Assembly (NCBI GenBank): GCA_951406725.2
Contig: OX597842.1
Coordinates: 19,034,001 to 19,098,000 of the forward strand
Reading direction: 5' to 3'
Length of the DNA stretch: 64,000 nucleotides
Source: Octopus vulgaris
Lineage: Eukaryota
Shown here: positions 58,936-64,000 of the stretch, piece by piece
Position numbering within the stretch: position 1 is the first letter of the stretch
How the letters are laid out: each line of letters opens with the position of its first letter
Notes under the pieces: model-generated
What the model was told of the DNA's origin: nothing
The model's input: the letters and a program-made list of their open reading frames with translations, nothing else
Databases searched by the model: none
Program-made: the position numbers and the translations under genes

Positions 58936-60298
58936 AAGAGTAAAGAGAGTTAAAGGAAAATTTAATTGTTATATAAAATATTTTTAAAGTAAATTTTTAA
59001 CATGTAACTCATTCAAACTCATATAACATTTTTGTCTTTTGTTTGACCTGTATTGTCCCATTCTATATATATTTCTTTACTACCCACAAGGGGCTAAACA
59101 CAGAGGGGACAAACAAGGACAGACAAAGGGATTAAGTCGATTATAATGACCCCAGTGTTTCACTGGTACTTAATTTATCAACCCCAAAAGGATGAAAGGC
59201 AAAGTCGACCTGGGCGGAATTTGAACTCAGAACGTAGCGGCAGATGAAATACTGCTAAGCATTGCGCCCGGCGTGCTATCCTCATGATCGTAATAAAGAT
59301 TCCATTTCATAGTAGTTCTCTAATTCTCTCCTAGATGGCTCTACAGACTGTTGGGATTCCTTTCAGTTTCTCTCTTAGTTTCATTCTGTTAATATCTGTA
59401 TTGTGTGTCAAGGCGCTCATTATTATTAATTACACTAATTAGTTATCGGTCTGTGATTTGCAGTTCTTGTCTGAATACGGTAAGTTGACAATGATGATAA
59501 TAATACTACTAATAACAATGTAATTAATAGAATTCTGTGAACTTCTCGGTGTCACAGTAATTATTTCGAAGCGAAAACATAAAAACTTTAGGAAAATATA
59601 TTTCCTCGTCTTAAATAATAACTTCCAAACTGAAATGTTGGTTTGTTGTTTGTGAAAACCTATTATCGGCTGTTCACGAACGAAATGCTGTTAAGCAAAT
59701 TCTGGATGGCATCAACTCACTACTCTGGTCATGTTATGCCCACTATATTTTCGTTTTGGCTAGCTCCATTCCCATTAGCTTCTAACACCTTCCAACTCAA
59801 TCTACTTATGCAAGCATGGACAGTAAATGCATGACAATGGTAGTGATGTAAATTCTGCAATGTTGAATTACTTATGTTGGTCAACTATCCAGTTTTATCT
59901 TACTGCTTCTTTTCCTATTTCAGAATATCACAACATGTTGACGTGAAGGAAATCTCTCCATTCAGAAGTGTCTTTGATATTCTCATCACCCAAAGGAAGA
60001 CAGTATATTTATAAGGAGCATTCATAAATAAGTCTACCTCTGTATATAAATACAGTCTATAACAAGGAACAGCGGAATATTTTTCTTCCTCTGAAATTTG
60101 GAGGAGGTGATTGCTTTCCTAGTTAATTAAAGTTGGATAAATTTACAAAGGAGTTTACAATTTCCATTTGCTGTTTTAGATATCAAGTAAGATCGTGGAT
60201 GGAAGAAGGATTGCATTAAATTCTTCTCTGCATGAAGTGACACAACGGAACATAAACATATTCATAGAAATGAAAAGCACATTATCGTTGTGATACGT

Positions 60299-60949
60299 AT
60301 GATAAGTAATTCTCTCATAATGAATAATTTAAGTAAACCAGAAATCCCCGACACAGAGGTAAAGGTATATAATTGTAATATCTGTGGAAAATCATTCCTC
60401 CAGTATCGTTACTTAACTTATCACCAACGTACACATACAGGAGAGAGACCCTATCATTGTGATATCTGTGGTAAATCATTCTCTTATAATTGTCATTTGG
60501 TTACTCACAAACGCGTTCACACGGGAGAGAGACCCTATCATTGTGATATCTGTGGTAAATCATTCTGTGAACGTACGGTTTTGACGAAACATAAGAAGAT
60601 TCATACTGGGGAAAAACCATATCAGTGTGATATCCGTGGTAAATCTTACTCTCGTAATAGTCAATTGGTTAGTCACAATCGCACTCATACAGGAGAGAGA
60701 CCATTTAATTGTGATATCTGTGGTAATTCATTCTGTGAACGTAAAGTTTTAACTAACCATAAGAAGATTCATACTGGTGAAAAACCATATCATTGTGATA
60801 TCTGCGGTAAATCATTCTCTCAGAATGGTAGTGTAACTACACACAAACGTACACATACAGGAGAGAAACCTTATCATTGTGATATCTGTGGTAAGTCATT
60901 CTCTCAAGCAAATCATTTGTCTAATCACAAAATTACACATACATGGTAG
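60299..60949 (+). CDS. C2H2 zinc-finger protein E, first open segment (7 fingers, one with C>R)
   Basis: [37 protein letters not shown] linkers; acceptor at 59923; frameshifts near 60945-61020, 61248 and 61318 separate it from the downstream array. Confidence 0.8.
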   Translation: MISNSLIMNNLSKPEIPDTEVKVYNCNICGKSFLQYRYLTYHQRTHTGERPYHCDICGKSFSYNCHLVTHKRVHTGERPYHCDICGKSFCERTVLTKHKKIHTGEKPYQCDIRGKSYSRNSQLVSHNRTHTGERPFNCDICGNSFCERKVLTNHKKIHTGEKPYHCDICGKSFSQNGSVTTHKRTHTGEKPYHCDICGKSFSQANHLSNHKITHTW

Positions 60950-61164
60950 AGACCATATCTGTGTGATATCTGTGGTAAACCTTTCTCTCAAGGAAATCAC
61001 TAGACTATCATTGGTAAATCATTCTCTGAAAGCACTCACTTGGCTAGACACAAGCCTACACATACTGGTGAGAAACCTTATCATTGTGATATCTGTGGTA
61101 AATCATTCTGTGAACGTAAAGTTTTAACTAACTATAAGAAGATTCATACTGGTGAAAAACCATA

Positions 61165-64000
<2,836 letters not shown>

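Overview
Eukaryotic, AT-rich, repeat-dense DNA, most likely from an octopus (coleoid cephalopod); this is inferred from the SINE/RTE repertoire and KRAB-less C2H2 genes, not from a database search. 1-14 kb is a nest of transposable elements in and around a very long (TA)n tract: CR1 3' end, probable Chapaev3 relic, a complete but disrupted Tc1, RTE LINEs, a Penelope fragment, fold-back palindromes (one carrying paired minimal hammerhead ribozymes) and a repeated 42-bp hairpin. 14-42 kb is a tandem duplication of a ~7-8 kb unit (copies A, B, C). Each copy holds a minus-strand C2H2 zinc-finger gene with predicted non-coding 5' exons, and an inverted ~270-bp zinc-finger mini-copy inside its predicted last intron. 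42-54 kb is SINEs, MITEs and palindromes. 54-64 kb is a head-to-head pair of paralogous C2H2 genes, the right one running into a >2.8-kb near-homogeneous 84-bp finger minisatellite with a 5+7-unit higher-order repeat. The most notable candidates are the antisense finger copies (possible dsRNA/A-to-I editing partner) and the monotonous RNSNLVD finger array (possible triplet-repeat binder). Coordinates of degenerate repeats were read by eye and are approximate.
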